From Blepharisma stoltei ATCC 30299 (taxonomy: Eukaryota; Protista; Ciliophora), in assembly GCA_965603825.1 (NCBI GenBank), contig CBFDEM010000021.1, positions 62,001 through 126,000 of the forward strand: a stretch of DNA of 64,000 nt, in the 5' to 3' direction. The position numbers were made by a program, and so were the translations under genes. The notes under the pieces are model-generated. The model had not been told where the DNA came from, ran no database searches, and saw only the letters and a program-made list of their open reading frames with translations. Shown here piece after piece: positions 38,214 to 52,346 of this stretch; the stretch's first letter is position 1; each line of letters opens with the position of its first letter.

Positions 38214-38565
38214 TTTAACACGTAATTATATTAGCAATTTAAATACAAAAGATACTATGGCTGACTGATATCTATTTTCTAATACAAACTGTATATCATA
38301 GCAATTTATTAATTAAATCGATTCAATATCAGGAAATTATCTATTTTAATTATCACAAAAATAAATTTTAAAATCCAGCTTATAAAGAGTAATTTGAAAT
38401 GCTTTCACTACTCAATATTAATTGAAAATATTCAATTATTTGTTATTACATTTTAATTAAAAATAATTCTTAATGTTACAGTGATTTTGCTTAAAAATAG
38501 TTAAATTACAGAGCACATCTATACTAAAATATATTCATTTTCTTTTAAATGCTCATCTTAATTAA

Positions 38566-41500
38566 ATGATTCATTTACCTCTTATGGCCGATACCCAAAC
38601 AAAATATCACCGCAACAACCGTCGCAACAACACTTCAATGTCCAACGCTTCCAGCATGCTCCTTAAAACTTCAAAATCCACCACTGACAAAACAGGCTAC
38701 CTAATGGTGGGAGATCTAATTTTACTTATGATCCAGACCCCCAACAAAATTTACAGTGGCTGTTTATCAGCTGACGGTGTCGTTTCCCACAACCTCGAAA
38801 TCATCCCAAAAACCTCCATGTCAGAGCTTGGCGCAAACGTACTTACCAGAAGCTGTTTATTTAGAATAGAAAACGCCCGAAAAGTTACCAAAGAAAACTC
38901 AAGCAAGTCTGAGTCAGAATTGCGCATTGCCGTAGGCAAGGCAATTACCTATGGAGAGCGTGTTCAGCTGCATCATTTTCATAGTCAAGGATATGTATCA
39001 GTAAATTCTAAAGTCATTGCAAATGAATCAGGGTGCTTAAGTGTAGAAATTGATAAGGAAGGAATTGAGGCAAGCTGGTTTGAAATAAAACCGGTGAATA
39101 AGCTGAGAAAACATGGAGAGACGATAAAATATACTGATGAAGTTTTGTTTCAGTGTATATCAGAAAAATCAAAATATTTTTTGCATGCGAATTATGATTC
39201 AAATACCAAACAAACAAGTAAAATTGAAGTAAATTCAAGCGGAACCCCAACACAATGAAAACCAAGGCGCTATTTAAGCTATGATTATTTTACTGATACC
39301 CCAAGCTACGTTATGACTGGAGATTCCTTCAGAATTTATCATCGAATCACAGAAGGATATTTAAGTGTAACTGAAGCTTCATTAGTAAATAAAAATGACC
39401 CTGAAATTTTTTTCGAAAAAGGTAATAAAAGCAGCAATTCCTTGTGGGAATTTCAAAGGCAAATCACTTTTATGGGAGGTGCTGCCAAATGGTCAGAAAA
39501 ATTAAGAATAAAGCATTTGCCGACTGGTCTGTTTTTAAGAGAAGGAGAAAATGCTATTGAGTTGACGTCAAATGATAAAGATCCTGCTACTTTATTTACC
39601 TTATCGTCTGAATCGGCTGATTACCATGAAGATGAAATTAAATTTGGCTCAATTTTATCCTTTTGCACCGAAAGTGGACAATTTATTTGTGTCAGTAATG
39701 AGAATCCACATTTTTCTAACAAAAAAGAAAATAAAGGCGAAAAGCATAAAATCGGCTTGAGAAAAGACACAAAAGACTACTCCGGGGTAGCCTTTTTAAT
39801 AGAAGATGTCCCAGAAGCCCAAACTGCCCACGTGTATCAGCTTGCTTTAATGATCCCATATCTAAAATCATTTTATGAATATTTTTCTACTTTTAATATT
39901 TCTGATGAAGATTACAAAGAAATGCCTGAAAAATACCAAGTTTTGAAAAATGAGTGCTCAAAGCTTGTAACAAGCTTAACTAGCTTATCAGCCCACATTA
40001 TGAATTCAAAATCCTCAAAAATTGATATAGCAAAACAACAAAATTCATTAAAAGAAATGGGAGTCACTGAGTTTTTAGTAATTTTAAATGAACTAATCCA
40101 ACACAAAATGGAGACTGGAAACTTAATGGCTTCAATTAATACAAGAAATTCTGGGCTACAAGTAATTGATAAGCATTTAGCAGACTATTTAAAAGAAGCC
40201 CAAAAAAAAATTTGTGAATTAGTTTATTTTTCAGTTAAAGGTAACAGTAAATGCTGCCAAAGTTTAGTAAAATATGAAGACCATTTAATCCAGTTAATGA
40301 AAACAGCTGGAAATAAATATATAAGGCAAACTTTGAGAGAAATTTTTAAATACAGCAACGAGTTCTCTGCAAATAATGAAGAAAAAATGAAAAATTTATT
40401 TGCAGGTCTTGTCCCAATTGTGTTTGGGCCTGGCATAATAAAAGAGCAGACCATTTATATAAATATTTTGAAGTCTATTTGTGAATGTAGAGGCCAAGGC
40501 GTGCTTAAATATCAAGCTTTGGCAAGAAAAATGCTATTTGATAATGAAGAAAATTTTAGTTTATTAAAATTTGGGGTAATTAATGGAAATCCTACAATAG
40601 AATTTGACTACCCAAAAGGAAATTATTCAATAGAAGAAGTTCTAAATGCAAATCCTGGGCTGAAAGAAATATGGATCAAAGATGATGGTGATTTAATTGG
40701 AAATAACGATAAAGCCATTTTCTATGTGGATGATATAGGGAACCCAAATTGTATATATAGCAAATATATTTCTTCAGTAATCGAATTTTTTTCAAGCATA
40801 TGCTTAGACAGATACACACAGGCAATAGAAGAAGTAATTAACACCCTCAAACTTACTCCAGAGCATATCCGGCTGACTCTAAGAAGCACAAGCATTTCTT
40901 TCAGCTTAAAAGCTGCCTATCTCAATATCTGCAGAACTGTTTTTATTGACGTCGACCCATACATCTCCATTTCCAAGCACAAAATGAGATGTTTCTATTG
41001 GAACCCTATAAAATCCCCTATAGAAAATCCTCCCCACCAAATGATTGACGATTTTTTTATTTCTTTTATTATGAATTTTTGGACTACCCACGAAGAGCTT
41101 GAAAGGTTCCCCAAAACTCTTCATTTAGGCTGCAAATGCTATTTGGTTACCTGTTTTTTAAGATTTACCAGGCAGCTTACAGACCTAGAGCTTCTTGAAT
41201 ATGAATTTATCAGTGTTTTAATGGAGCCACTCTGCTTGTTACTTATGAATAAAGAAAAAAGATCAAATCATTGGAGCTATAAATTAGCTGCAGGGATTAA
41301 AGGGCTTTTATTAACTGATTATAACCATGGGCTAGATAAAAGATTTACCTTCCTTAAAGAAGAAGTTTTATATACTTTGCAAGTTTTTATGCTAAAAAAA
41401 CATAATATTCTGATTAAAAGGACGCTGGAAATTGCAAATAATTATTTTTCAAAGCAAGATTTGTCGCTTGCTGATATTGAAAATTTTATTAAAAATGAGT

Positions 41501-44500
41501 TTGAAGGGCTATTTAAAGATCTTGACTGGGATTCTTACCAAAGAACATTAAGCAATACTTTATTTACAGGAATCCCGAATACTTATAGCCCTGATAAAAG
41601 CCAAGTTTTAGCTCGGACCGAAAATATATACCAGCTTGATATTTATTTATTAGAAATGCTATTTGACTCTAGCAAAGCCAGCAATAAAAAACTAAAAAAA
41701 TTATCCCTAGAATTAATCCTATCAGACTTAAAACTTCGAAAAATCCTCAAAAAAGAATGCTTAAATCTTGAACTTCTAATGGACAACACCACAAAAAACA
41801 TATACAAATTCCTAACCCAAAGAAATAAAGCTATTTATGACTGCACCCGGACTTTATCCTTACTTCAGCAAGAAAAGCTTGCAAAAAAGCTCGACAACCA
41901 TTATTTTGAAACTCTCAAAAGGATCACCTCTATCATTATTGACTGCTCTATGCTTTTTAAAAGAGAACAGCTAGATGACTACCAAAGGACGAAATACCAA
42001 AATATGGTCAGAAATTGTGGCCTTTTTGAAACCTTAATAAGCGTTCTCGACCTTGATTTTACCGACACCCACAAGCTTCTCTTTAAGTCCACAATTGATG
42101 TGCTTGCTCTTGCATGCTGAAATAATAAAAAAAACCAAAAATTGTTACTGCCTTATGTAGATAAATTTATGACACTTGTAATGCAGCTTGTTGGAGCCAT
42201 AAAATTGCTAGCACAAGTTTTGTCTTGCTATAGAGAACAAGAGCTAGGCCAAGATGTGATTAGAATAATTTTTGATTTATTAGAAAAAAATGAAAACCAG
42301 TACCATTTATTGCAGTTTTTGAGGACTTTTGTGGTGAATGAAAAAAGGGAGTTGATTGAAAAATTACAAATTGATATATTGAAAGGGATTTTTCATAATA
42401 AGTCGATAATCAAAATGCATTGGCATGCAGGCAACCATTTTGAGTTTTTAAACCCCAAAACTGCAGGTGCTAATGAAAAAGAAACAATGGACAAGACTAG
42501 ATTTCATATTGAAGCCATGAAATGTATTACAGTCTGCACAATGAATAACAGGTTCGGAATTCTCCAAGGTCGAAAACTCCTCACTTTAAACAGCTTAAAA
42601 AAATATTTCAGGTCTCAGCAGTCTAATTTGTATTGTAAAAAAGCTTATCTCCGATTTTTATTCCAAGTTTATATGGTGAAAATAGAAAATGTTGTAGAAT
42701 CTTCAGTAAATTTGAATACTTTAGAAGAAATTCTTAAAGAAGTTATATTGGAAGATTTGAAAGGATATGAGGAAAAATTAAATCAGCTTATCCCACTAGC
42801 TTATACAGGTGTCTATGAAAATGTATTGTGTATGAGGTCTAAGGAAAGTAAGTGGAAGGCGGTGAAAAAAATGATACTGGAAAATCAGCTGCAGGACGCA
42901 GGAAAAATTTTTATTCATATGAAAAAGAAAAGATATGCTCCAGATGGGGCTGTACTTCCGATTTCTAAAGAAGATCAAAATATAATTGACTATTGAAATT
43001 ATTTGTCTGGAAATAAAGCGTGGCATTCGGAAAAAGATGGGATTTTGCATATTTTGAGAGATATTTACCATTATAATTCTTTAAGAGAGCTATCTCCTTC
43101 TATTATTTATGTATCTCATACTATCTTAACTGTCCTTAGCGAAATGAGCACCAAGTTGGAGCTAGCCCAGCAAGAGCACTGCCAGCTCGATTTTTCTAAC
43201 CTTATTTTAATAGTCAACCTCTGCAGAGAATCCATTTCTTCTACTATAAACTTCCACATAGAAGAACCTCCAGACGCACCACAGCTGAACAGCCTCGTAG
43301 TAAAGCTCAGAGAATACATTTTAGAAGAAAAATTGACCCTTGAAGAAGCTTTTTATATGTTCGATTCCGACAAAAATAAAACAATAGACTTCAACGAATT
43401 CAAAAGAGGAATTCTCTGCTTAATCCCATCCATTAGTAACCGAGACATTGAAAGTGCCTTTATTTATATTGACCAAGATGGAGATGGCAACGTCACCTAT
43501 CAAGAATTTTCCAATAAACTTAAAGGCTACTTTTACAAGCCAAATAATATTACTCATATACCCACAAAAAAGTATATTATAGGGGAACCAAATAATCGAG
43601 CAAACGCTGAAAATGAAGAATTAAAAGAAGACCGTAATGTTAAGCTGAATTTAGAAGACTTTATTAATTTATTTTCTGAGTATTGCAAAGACGAAGATTT
43701 AAGCTTAGTTGTTGGGAAAATAAAAAAAATATATGTGGACCCTGCGATTAAGGCAGGGGAAATTGGACCGCTAAAAAAATTTGTGGCAAAACTTGGGACT
43801 GCTTTTAAGAAAAATGACCATAAAATTTATTTATTGAGTATTTTAAGAAAATTAATACCGGAGAGAACTGATACTTTATCTATTTTTGATGAAGAAAATC
43901 GTGCATATGAAGCTGAAATGCAAAGTCTGAAGAAAACCCAAGACATTCTAAGTCAAGCTGGGGTCTTAGAGCTTGCTTTAACTATCATAGGAAATGAGCA
44001 CAATTTCAAGCTGACATCTGAAGCTATAAATTTAATAAATGCAATGCTAGATCAAGGCAACTCTACAGTCCAGCTAAAACTCCTAAGCTTATTAAAAGAG
44101 TCCTGAAATTCTCATTTATTTTCTTATATTAGAGCCCAGCTCCGTCTCAGCCGTGACAGAATTGTAGAAACCGTCCACAAAACATATAAAGACAATCCTG
44201 GAGCTACATTAGCTGCGAATCTCTCAGAAGAGCAGCTCCAAGAAGAACAAATTTTGCTATATTGTCCATCTCCATCAGAATATATAGAAGCCCAAACTGC
44301 TCATGTAAAATCTTTAATTCGCTTTATTCAGCTTTGTTGTGAAAATTGTTGCACAGAATTCCAGAACTTCTTCAGGTCCCAAGAAGACACTTCCAACTCA
44401 AAAAGGCAGCTTTCTATTAATATGGTAAACGAGCTAGCCCAATTTTTAATCAACATTAAAGAAGTTGGCCCTCAGCTTTATAATGATTACGAGTCCAGAG

Positions 44501-46659
44501 AGCTGATCCCTGTATGTTTTGAAGCTATGATTGACTTGTGTAAAGGCCCATGTGTCGATAACCAAATTTTACTAGGCACAAAGCAAAAATTATATAAATT
44601 TGTGAATTTAATTTTTGGGTATAAAAAACAAAATAATCTGCATAAAGACTATTTTGAAAGCGCTGTAAAATACATTAAAGCATTGCTGGAAGGAGAAATA
44701 TGCAAAGAAATCGGAGAAATGATGTTAAGTGAAATTAATTTTAAAGGACTCTCGGAGATTGCATTAGAAATTTATGTGAATTGTATACACCCGAATATGA
44801 AATATATTTTTCAAGAAAGAATTGAGGATGAAGCGTATTCACATGATTTTATTACAAAAATTTGGCTGAAATTCAGATGGATTTTTAAGTCAGAAAGCTC
44901 AAAAGGGATATCTAGAAAAGATTGAAATACGGCAATGATTGGATTTGATATAGTTATCATTAATTTGAAATTAAGGGACGTTTTTCCAAATGAAGATGAA
45001 TTAAAATGGCTTGGATTTTCTGATAAACGACCTGACCATAAAACAAAGTTTAATATTGACAGCATTATAAGAAGAATAAATTTCTTAGGAGGCAGAAATG
45101 AAAGCATAAGAAATACTAATTTCATGTTTGTGCAGAAGAAATTCTTTAGGGACTATTCCAAAGACCTTTCTATGAATATGGCTTATGAGTTTTATCTTTC
45201 ATTTATTTCTTCTGTAGAAATCGAAAAAGACGGCAAATTAGAGCAATGCTACTTCAAAATCCCTGCAATGATCACTTTTCTATCAGAAAAGCTTAGAGAT
45301 CAAATGGCTTTTTCTGTTAGCCGAGACTCCCACGAAGAAAAAATGAAATCTTATTTCCAGCTTGTCGACAAATATAAAAGACATATGCAGCATCTACAAT
45401 ATTTAAGTAGATTTAGAAACCTCTCATGGTTCTGTAGCAAGACAAAAACAATAGAAAACTTCAGCTACGCTATGGTCGTTTTCATAAATTGCTTACTAGT
45501 CGGAGGTATGAAGTCTGTAAATGATACCAATTTAAATGTCGGCTATTTCCCAGGTACGTATTTTTTTAATATTTTTGCCGCAATATTGATAACACTTAGA
45601 GTCGTTATATTTTTTTTCAATTTAGCTGAAAATTACCCTTTAATTCTTTACGAACATCTCGAAAAGCCAAAAGATTCAGACATTTATAACATGCCTGCTT
45701 TATACAAATTCAGAGGGACAATATTAATGAGATATTTTGTCCAAGACTCTACGTCTAGACGTAAAAAAAGAACGGTTGGGTCTACAATAAAATGTTTTTA
45801 TTTAATTACCTCATTCCAGAACTTATACAATATCTTGTTTTTCATTATTGTCTGTATAGCTTGAAATAACCCTCTGTGGTATTCTGTTTTACTTTTGGAC
45901 ATTCTTTATAGAAGTGAGGAGCTCAGGAATATTGCTAAAGCTGTAACTTTAAATTGGAGACAGCTAGGACTAGCCTTAATTTTAGGGATCTTTTTTGTAT
46001 ATATTTTCAGCATTGGTGCGTTTTTGTGGCTTGGAGAATACTATATAACCCAATCAGAAGGCGCCCAGTTAACTACTTATTGTGACACTTTACTTATCTG
46101 TTCAGCTAGTACCTTAAATATTGGCATTAGATCAGGTGGAGGTATAGGTGATGGCATAAAAACTCCTACAATATCAGACCATCTCTACGGCTTCAGAATG
46201 TTTTTTGACATCATGTTCTTTATAATAGTCATTGTAATTATGCTGAACATTATTTTTGGTATCATTATTGACACTTTTGGAGAGCTCCGTGACGAAAGAA
46301 ACGCAATAGAAAAAGACAATAAATCAATCTGCTTCATCTGTGGACGCATGAAGTCAGAATTTGAACTGAGAGGCTCAGGATGGACTGCCCACATTCAATC
46401 AGAACACAGCGTTTGGGCTTATTTAGCCTACTTAATATCAATCCAAAGAAAATGGCTAACTGACTGTGATGGGATTGAAAAATACGTAAAATTGAAAATG
46501 AGGCAAAAAGATGTGAGTTTTATGCCACAGAGCTCAGCGTGCTTAAAAGAAAATAAAAGGAAAACTGGGACTGTTGAAGAAAGAATGAGCGAATTAAGCA
46601 CAGGAATTGAAGGTATAGGACTTGCTTTAGCAAAATATAAAAAAACATTAAAAAAATAA
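38566..46659 (+). CDS. Inositol-trisphosphate/ryanodine receptor-like Ca2+ release channel (~2697 aa; no intron needed)
   Basis: Seven track ORFs in one frame joined by six TGAs. N-terminal beta-trefoil/MIR (LMVGDLILL, CLFRIE, ITYGERVQLHH, RIKHLPTG), RIH-associated RFIQLCCEN..FQNFFRSQ, pore GIRSGGGIGD, LNIIFGIIIDTFGELR, Zn finger CFICG..HIQSEH. Confidence 0.95.
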
Positions 46660-46706
46660 AATTTTAATAAAAGATTGCTCTGGCGGTCTCCATATTTAAA
46701 TTTATA

Positions 46707-47195
46707 ATGCTGGATAGCCGAATACCGCATAGTGAGCTATTAACGCATTCTTTTCTAACCCCGACGCACAATAAATCCTACCGGAAGAAAAACTCGAGAA
46801 AAAGAAAAAGAAAAACAAATGACCAGCTTTTACTACTGCAAAGGGAATTTGAAAATAACCCAGAATGAAGCAAAGAGTCATTAGCCCGCCTAACAAAATT
46901 AACTGGCCTAAGTGAAGCTCAAGTGTACAAATGGGGCTGGGACCAGAAAAAGAAGATTGAGTTTTCTTCTTATTCTAAGTCATCATCGACAGTCAGCTTA
47001 GCTCAGCTTTTTGAGGACACTTGTGTACAAATTTGTTGGAAACCTCAAGAAAATAGCATAGTCGAGCTGCCTGTGGATAATAATATGAAGTGCAGAGAAA
47101 TTATGCCGCCACTTGGGGTTGATATGGATTTATTAACGATTCAAAAATCGTATCGAAGTAATATGGAAGCCTTTGGGCTTCGTAGGAATATATAG
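46707..47195 (+). CDS. Divergent homeodomain protein (~162 aa)
   Basis: With TGA 46866 read as Trp: RKRKRKTNDQLLLLQREFENNPEWSKESLARLTKLTGLSEAQVYKWGWDQKKK, which has homeodomain helix spacing. Confidence 0.85.
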
Positions 47196-47438
47196 GAATT
47201 ATTTAATGCTAATTTTTATGAGAAATTTTGTTTTACTATTTGTGTTAATTTATAATTATTCTTAAATATACAATTGTGCAAATAAGCTGAAATTGATAAC
47301 TGCAGCTGATTAAATTGTCTATAAAGAGATAATTATACTATTTTTATTATAGCTAAATTATTTTGCTTCTTATAAAAATATTAATTGATTTGGCTGCAAT
47401 TTACATTATTATATTTAAAGATAATGCTATTTATAAAG

Positions 47439-48074
47439 CTATCAAGGGGTGAAGTCATTAAAATTCTCAAACCCTTCATCTTCATTTTTGTTTTTATATA
47501 TTATGGTTATATAAGGTTCATGCCTCTTACAGCTTTGATATCTCTTAAGTGAAGCATTTTCTTGCGTCCTAACTCTCAATGTTTTGCATTCAAACGACAA
47601 AGAATTATTTGGATTTTCTATGTCAGAGCTTCTATTTCTTTTCATATTCAGGCTTGCAATTTTATGAACTTTTCTTCTTGTAATAAAGCTGTTTATTAGG
47701 TTTGAATTTGGCTTTTTTGTAATCTTAAAATTTGGTTTAAATTCTTTGTTAACTACTGGCATGAATTTCTGTAAATGAAAGCTATTAGAGCTAAATTTTT
47801 CGATGAAATTAGCTTGAAATGAGGTAAATCGTTTATGGTAAGGATGATTTAATTTAAATAGTAATTTTGAGTCTTTTTGATCTAGTTTATTTGAATAGAG
47901 ACGGCCAGGAGATTTGGGGCTTGAGTCTTTTTGGGCTATAGTCTGAAAACTTAGAGACTGGATATCATATGAGGTATTTAATCTTTTTTTTGGAGAAGAA
48001 TCAATAGAGTGGTTTCTTCTGAGCTTTTCTGGGAATGGCTCGAAGTTTATTTGATGAATAGGAACTCGCTTCAT
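47439..48074 (-). CDS. Hypothetical basic protein (~211 aa) ending DFTPW
   Basis: ORF ends TGA-TAG, so the terminal Trp is followed by a true stop. Confidence 0.68.
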
Positions 48075-48368
48075 TTGATCTAAAAATTACATTTTTGTTT
48101 TTAAATAATTGCTGAATTTTAATAAATCTATATGAAATATGCTGAACCTTTTATTCATAAATTAATTATTTGCGAAGCTTAATATAATAATGATAAATAA
48201 TAATGTAAAAATATTATATGGAGTATGATTTAATTCTTATAATTTAATTAAATTGCTTTGTGTGTAATTTTTTTAATTATATAAAAAAATAGATCACCTT
48301 AAAATCGTTAATTCAAAAATTTTGCTAATAAAATACTGAGAAACTTCTATTAAATTTGTTGATTAAAT

Positions 48369-48968
48369 ATGAACCCTAATTTTGAGACGCAAAAATTCAA
48401 GCATCTCAGAAGGACACATTCTACTATTCTAACTAAAAAAATCGAATACGAAAAGCAAAATAAAGCAAATATCGAAGCCTCAGAAAATGTTAAAAGACCG
48501 GTAGACAGACACCAACGAACTAAAACTGAATTTGAAACACTATATGGTACAAGTCCAAGCCTTAAAAAAGAAAAGCTATTCATTGCAAGAAGTTTGAGGT
48601 CTTTTGATGATATAATGCGAATTCGAAGAAGCAAAAAAATTACAGCTGACGAGTCTATGAAAAAGCTACATGAAAGTACAAATAACTTAACAACAAGAGT
48701 GAGTGATTGCTTTAAAAAAGAAAAAATGATCAGCGAAGAGCTTAAAAAGGACTCCCAGCTCTTTAAACACCAAGTTTCCCGAAGCATCCACGAGCTCACC
48801 GTACAGCCTGAAATGATGGTATCGAAGAACGAAAAAGAATTTTTATCGAAAATTTATAAAAATTTCAGACCGAAATTATACACTATTTCAAAAAGCGGCG
48901 TTTCCTACCGACATTCAACGCAAAGAAAAACATTTTCGCTTAAAAATAAATTTAACCTAGTTTTGTAA
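48369..48968 (+). CDS. Hypothetical basic protein (199 aa)
   Basis: Intact ATG..TAA ORF. Confidence 0.7.
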   Translation: MNPNFETQKFKHLRRTHSTILTKKIEYEKQNKANIEASENVKRPVDRHQRTKTEFETLYGTSPSLKKEKLFIARSLRSFDDIMRIRRSKKITADESMKKLHESTNNLTTRVSDCFKKEKMISEELKKDSQLFKHQVSRSIHELTVQPEMMVSKNEKEFLSKIYKNFRPKLYTISKSGVSYRHSTQRKTFSLKNKFNLVL

Positions 48969-48983
48969 TAAATAGTCTAATCA

Positions 48984-49817
48984 TTATTTAGTTCCTGAAC
49001 ATGGGTCGCATATGTACTGTTCACAGATAGGGAATTCCATATTAAATACCATCAGTGCGAGGACTGTGAAATAGATAATAACACCTATAAAACTCCCATA
49101 AATAATATAGCACCATCGTCTTTCTGATTCTTCTCTAGGTATTAATGCAAAACCTAATAGGCTGCCTGAAATAAAGCCACCTATATGTCCAGCTATGTCT
49201 ATGTTAGGTGTATCATAAGCAGATCCAAAGCTAATTGCTACAATTATCGCATAGACCAGTAGGTTAAAATCCCTTCCTGGGCCAAATTTGTGCCAATTAT
49301 AGGCATAATAGCAGCCAAAGTTAGCAAAAACTCCAAATAAAGATGTAGAAGCTCCTACAGAGACGTTTTGAGAATCCCAATATGCACTGAAAATGTTTCC
49401 GCCAATCCCAGAAATTATGTAAATAAGTATAAATTTATAAGTCTGATAATATTTTTCTACTGCGAAGCCAATTCTTAGCTGAAAAAATGCATTGAACTAT
49501 TTTACACTTACCAAAATATGAAGAGTATTTGCGTGAAGTAATATAGGAAGCACTAATCTTCATACCTGACCTTTTAGCACAATCGATGGCGTGTACTAAA
49601 TATAAGTCACCTTTGCCCCAAATGCATATAAAGTGCATATAGTTGGTTCAGCGCTTAAAGAAAAACCAAGCGTAACTAAATAAATAGCAATCTGAGATAC
49701 AGTTATAATAAAAGTAAAACTTTTAATAGAGAAGTCAGGAAATATCTTTTCTATATTAAAAGCAGGCTGTTGGTTCTGTATAGGTCTATCAAATTCAAAG
49801 TGTCTAATATTTGACAT
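48984..49817 (-). CDS. Rhomboid intramembrane serine protease (~267 aa, 2 introns)
   Basis: LYAFGAK|YTPSIVLKGQVW(TGA)RLVLPILLHANTLHIL|FNAFFQLRIG, SGIGGN, catalytic SVGASTSLFG and NIDIAGHIGG. Mostly missed by the ORF track. Confidence 0.92.
49497..49511 (-). other. 15-nt intron (gtaagtgtaaaatag)
   Basis: GT..AG, A at -6. Removal restores the rhomboid HILFN motif. Confidence 0.9.
49596..49610 (-). other. 15-nt intron (gtgacttatatttag)
   Basis: GT..AG, A at -6, phase 0 with in-frame TAG. Confidence 0.88.
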
Positions 49818-49872
49818 TTTATAACTCAAAAATCTTAATAAAATACTTAGTCTAGCAAATTTATCTATATAA

Positions 49873-51171
49873 TTAATGGGTGTGTGTCTTTTCACAGTAA
49901 AAATATATTTCATTATAAGAGAATTGGCAAGGGTTTGAATCTGAAGAAAGATCAAGCATAACTTTTCGGGAATTTTTCCTCTTCCCCAAGGTCTCCGAAG
50001 TGTGGAGAAATTTCCATGTTTTATTTCTTGAGCCCCTATCTTGAAGAATTCATTTATCATTCTTAAATGATATAGAAGCATGGACTTTTGACATTTTTTG
50101 GTCATAATGAAAACATAATCGATTTTTATGGCTCCTCCCAATTAGTTGTGCAGCTTCAGTCGGCTCAATTGACAGTTCAGAATTCGGAAAATTCGGGGTC
50201 GTGACCTTAATTATAAGCTCGTCATCTGTTCCTATTTGAAACTCAAAAATTGACACTCCCATCAAAATTTTTTCAAAATTCGTAATTATAGTCTCATGAA
50301 TTTGGACTTTACAAGTTCCATATTTAGAAGCGCTTTCGTATAAGACAAGATTGTTGTTTTCTAACTCAAACCCTAAAATGCTGTCTAGCCCAGGTATTGG
50401 CAGCTCAGGCCTCGGGTATCCTTCTAGTTCTCGACCAATACACTTGGGTCATTCCCCTTTCAAGAAAAATAAAAATTGATTATGAGCTTCCACGTATTGT
50501 CTTAAATCTTCAGGACACCCATTTACTGTGATTTTTCAGCACTGCACAGTTCCTGTAGGCTCATCTACCAACTGAGGCCTATTCGATTTATATGGCCCTA
50601 TAACATCACTTTGTGTCACATCTAATTTCGGGATATCATAATTATATTCCTTCATATCACCTTTGGGTGAGTAATTTTGTCACGATTCCGCCTGCTGTCT
50701 CTGAGGCGGCTGAACATATTTTTGTGGTTTGAGCGATTTTGGGAATTCTTGAATAATTGACTCATCAGATTCAGATTTAAAATTTCTTTCGAAATCTATA
50801 TTTGCTGCACCAGCTTTTTTTCTAGGTTCCACAAATCCTCTTTCGAAGTCTCCAAAAGACTGACCATGGCCTTTTTCAAAATCTTCGAATTCATCAATTC
50901 TTGAAATTAATTCGTTTCTAGTAACAAAAGCTGCCAGCAGTGAGAAAACCCTGATGAGCTGAGTGTCGTTGCTTCCTCCGCTATTGGCGAGGTCGATGAC
51001 TATTGTAAAAAGATTTTGGAGAATTGGATTTGCATTTCTCGATAAACTTTCTGATGAAGCTTTAATAAACTCTCGGGTTTTTCTTTTTCGAGCGTTGCTT
51101 TTGTCGCCAAGATCTTTAGAAGAAAGTTCATTGAGAATACATGAAATGATTCCGCAGAGCTCTTCTGCCAT
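49873..51171 (-). CDS. FHA-domain protein with an N-terminal helical domain (~432 aa)
   Basis: One frame through four TGAs. C-terminal FHA LIGRSHKN..MSKVHASI..W(TGA)ILQDRGSRNKTW, preceded by a degenerate FHA-like CIGRE..YESASKYGT. Confidence 0.82.
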
Positions 51172-52346
51172 TTTTATAGATGGTATTGCATTTTATGGCA
51201 CTCAAATCATAATTTTTTGAGATCATGATTGTCAGAAATAGTGAAAGACTGCTTAGATGGAGGATCTTCTAATAATGTTTTACTAAAAATAATTTTCCTT
51301 TATGTGGTCTTCTGCTGCATAATAACTTAAATATATTTAATCTTATTAGAATTGCGATGGCTGCGTTGTAAGTGAGATATTTTGTAAAATCTCTTGTCTT
51401 TTTTGACGTATTCTTGAGGATTGCAAAATTCTAGTAATTTCTCTGAGAATTCCAAAGTAGCGGACTTCTAAGATAAAATTCAAATATTTTATATTTAAAA
51501 ATCACATACGGTAAATCTTTCGTTCCAACTGTCTCCTCATCATTAAATCACCAATGAGCTGGTTTCATTTCTTCTATATTATAGCATTAATTGATAATTC
51601 AAAAAGTTATCATATTAGAAACATGATATTAATAAGTTTAGTAGTGAGTGCTTAAAAAATTTTATTCCCTCTCTTTTCCTGCGACATATTAATTATTATA
51701 AAAATCAAATCATTTATACCATAATTTTATTCTTCGCTTTTTTTGAGGGGAGGAGTGCACATCCATAGATGATTTTGAAGGAAAATCAGTTTAGATTATG
51801 ATTTGGGTTAGAACAGTAAATACCACAATTTTTCTAGTATTGTTTTAATAAATTTACTCAAATCTTAAATATTTAAAGACAGACACGTAAAAATTTCCAA
51901 AATTGGTCTAGACTCTGATAATTATAGACCATTTTTATAATAAAAATGGGCTAAGATATTGTTTTTATAACTATTCTTTCTTAAAAACAAAAGAGAGTAT
52001 AAATATTTTAACAGTTTTTGATATTTTTGAGACAATCTTGCTCGCTCAATCAAAATTTATTTTACATCTACAAATATTTAATTTAAAAAATTATATGTTA
52101 TAATCAAGAATTCAAAAATTTAATCTAATAACTCACCCCTTTTTCGAGCGGGCAAGGCTTCTTGGCTTGCTCTTAAAGGCCAATAAAATTATATATAACA
52201 AATTTTGTATTTTTAGCAAATATCGATTTTAAACGAAAAGAAAAATCTATAATATCTATTATGCTTTAGAATTCTAGCTGTTTATATTTACTATAATCAG
52301 CAAAAGATAACGCAATAGCAATTATTGACTATTTAAAACTTATATA

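Noticed and set aside
49818-50141. Track ORF extending the rhomboid N-terminus into the FHA gene
   Set aside because: It is an alternative frame of the FHA gene's 3' end. ATG 49817 after an AT-rich spacer is the better start.
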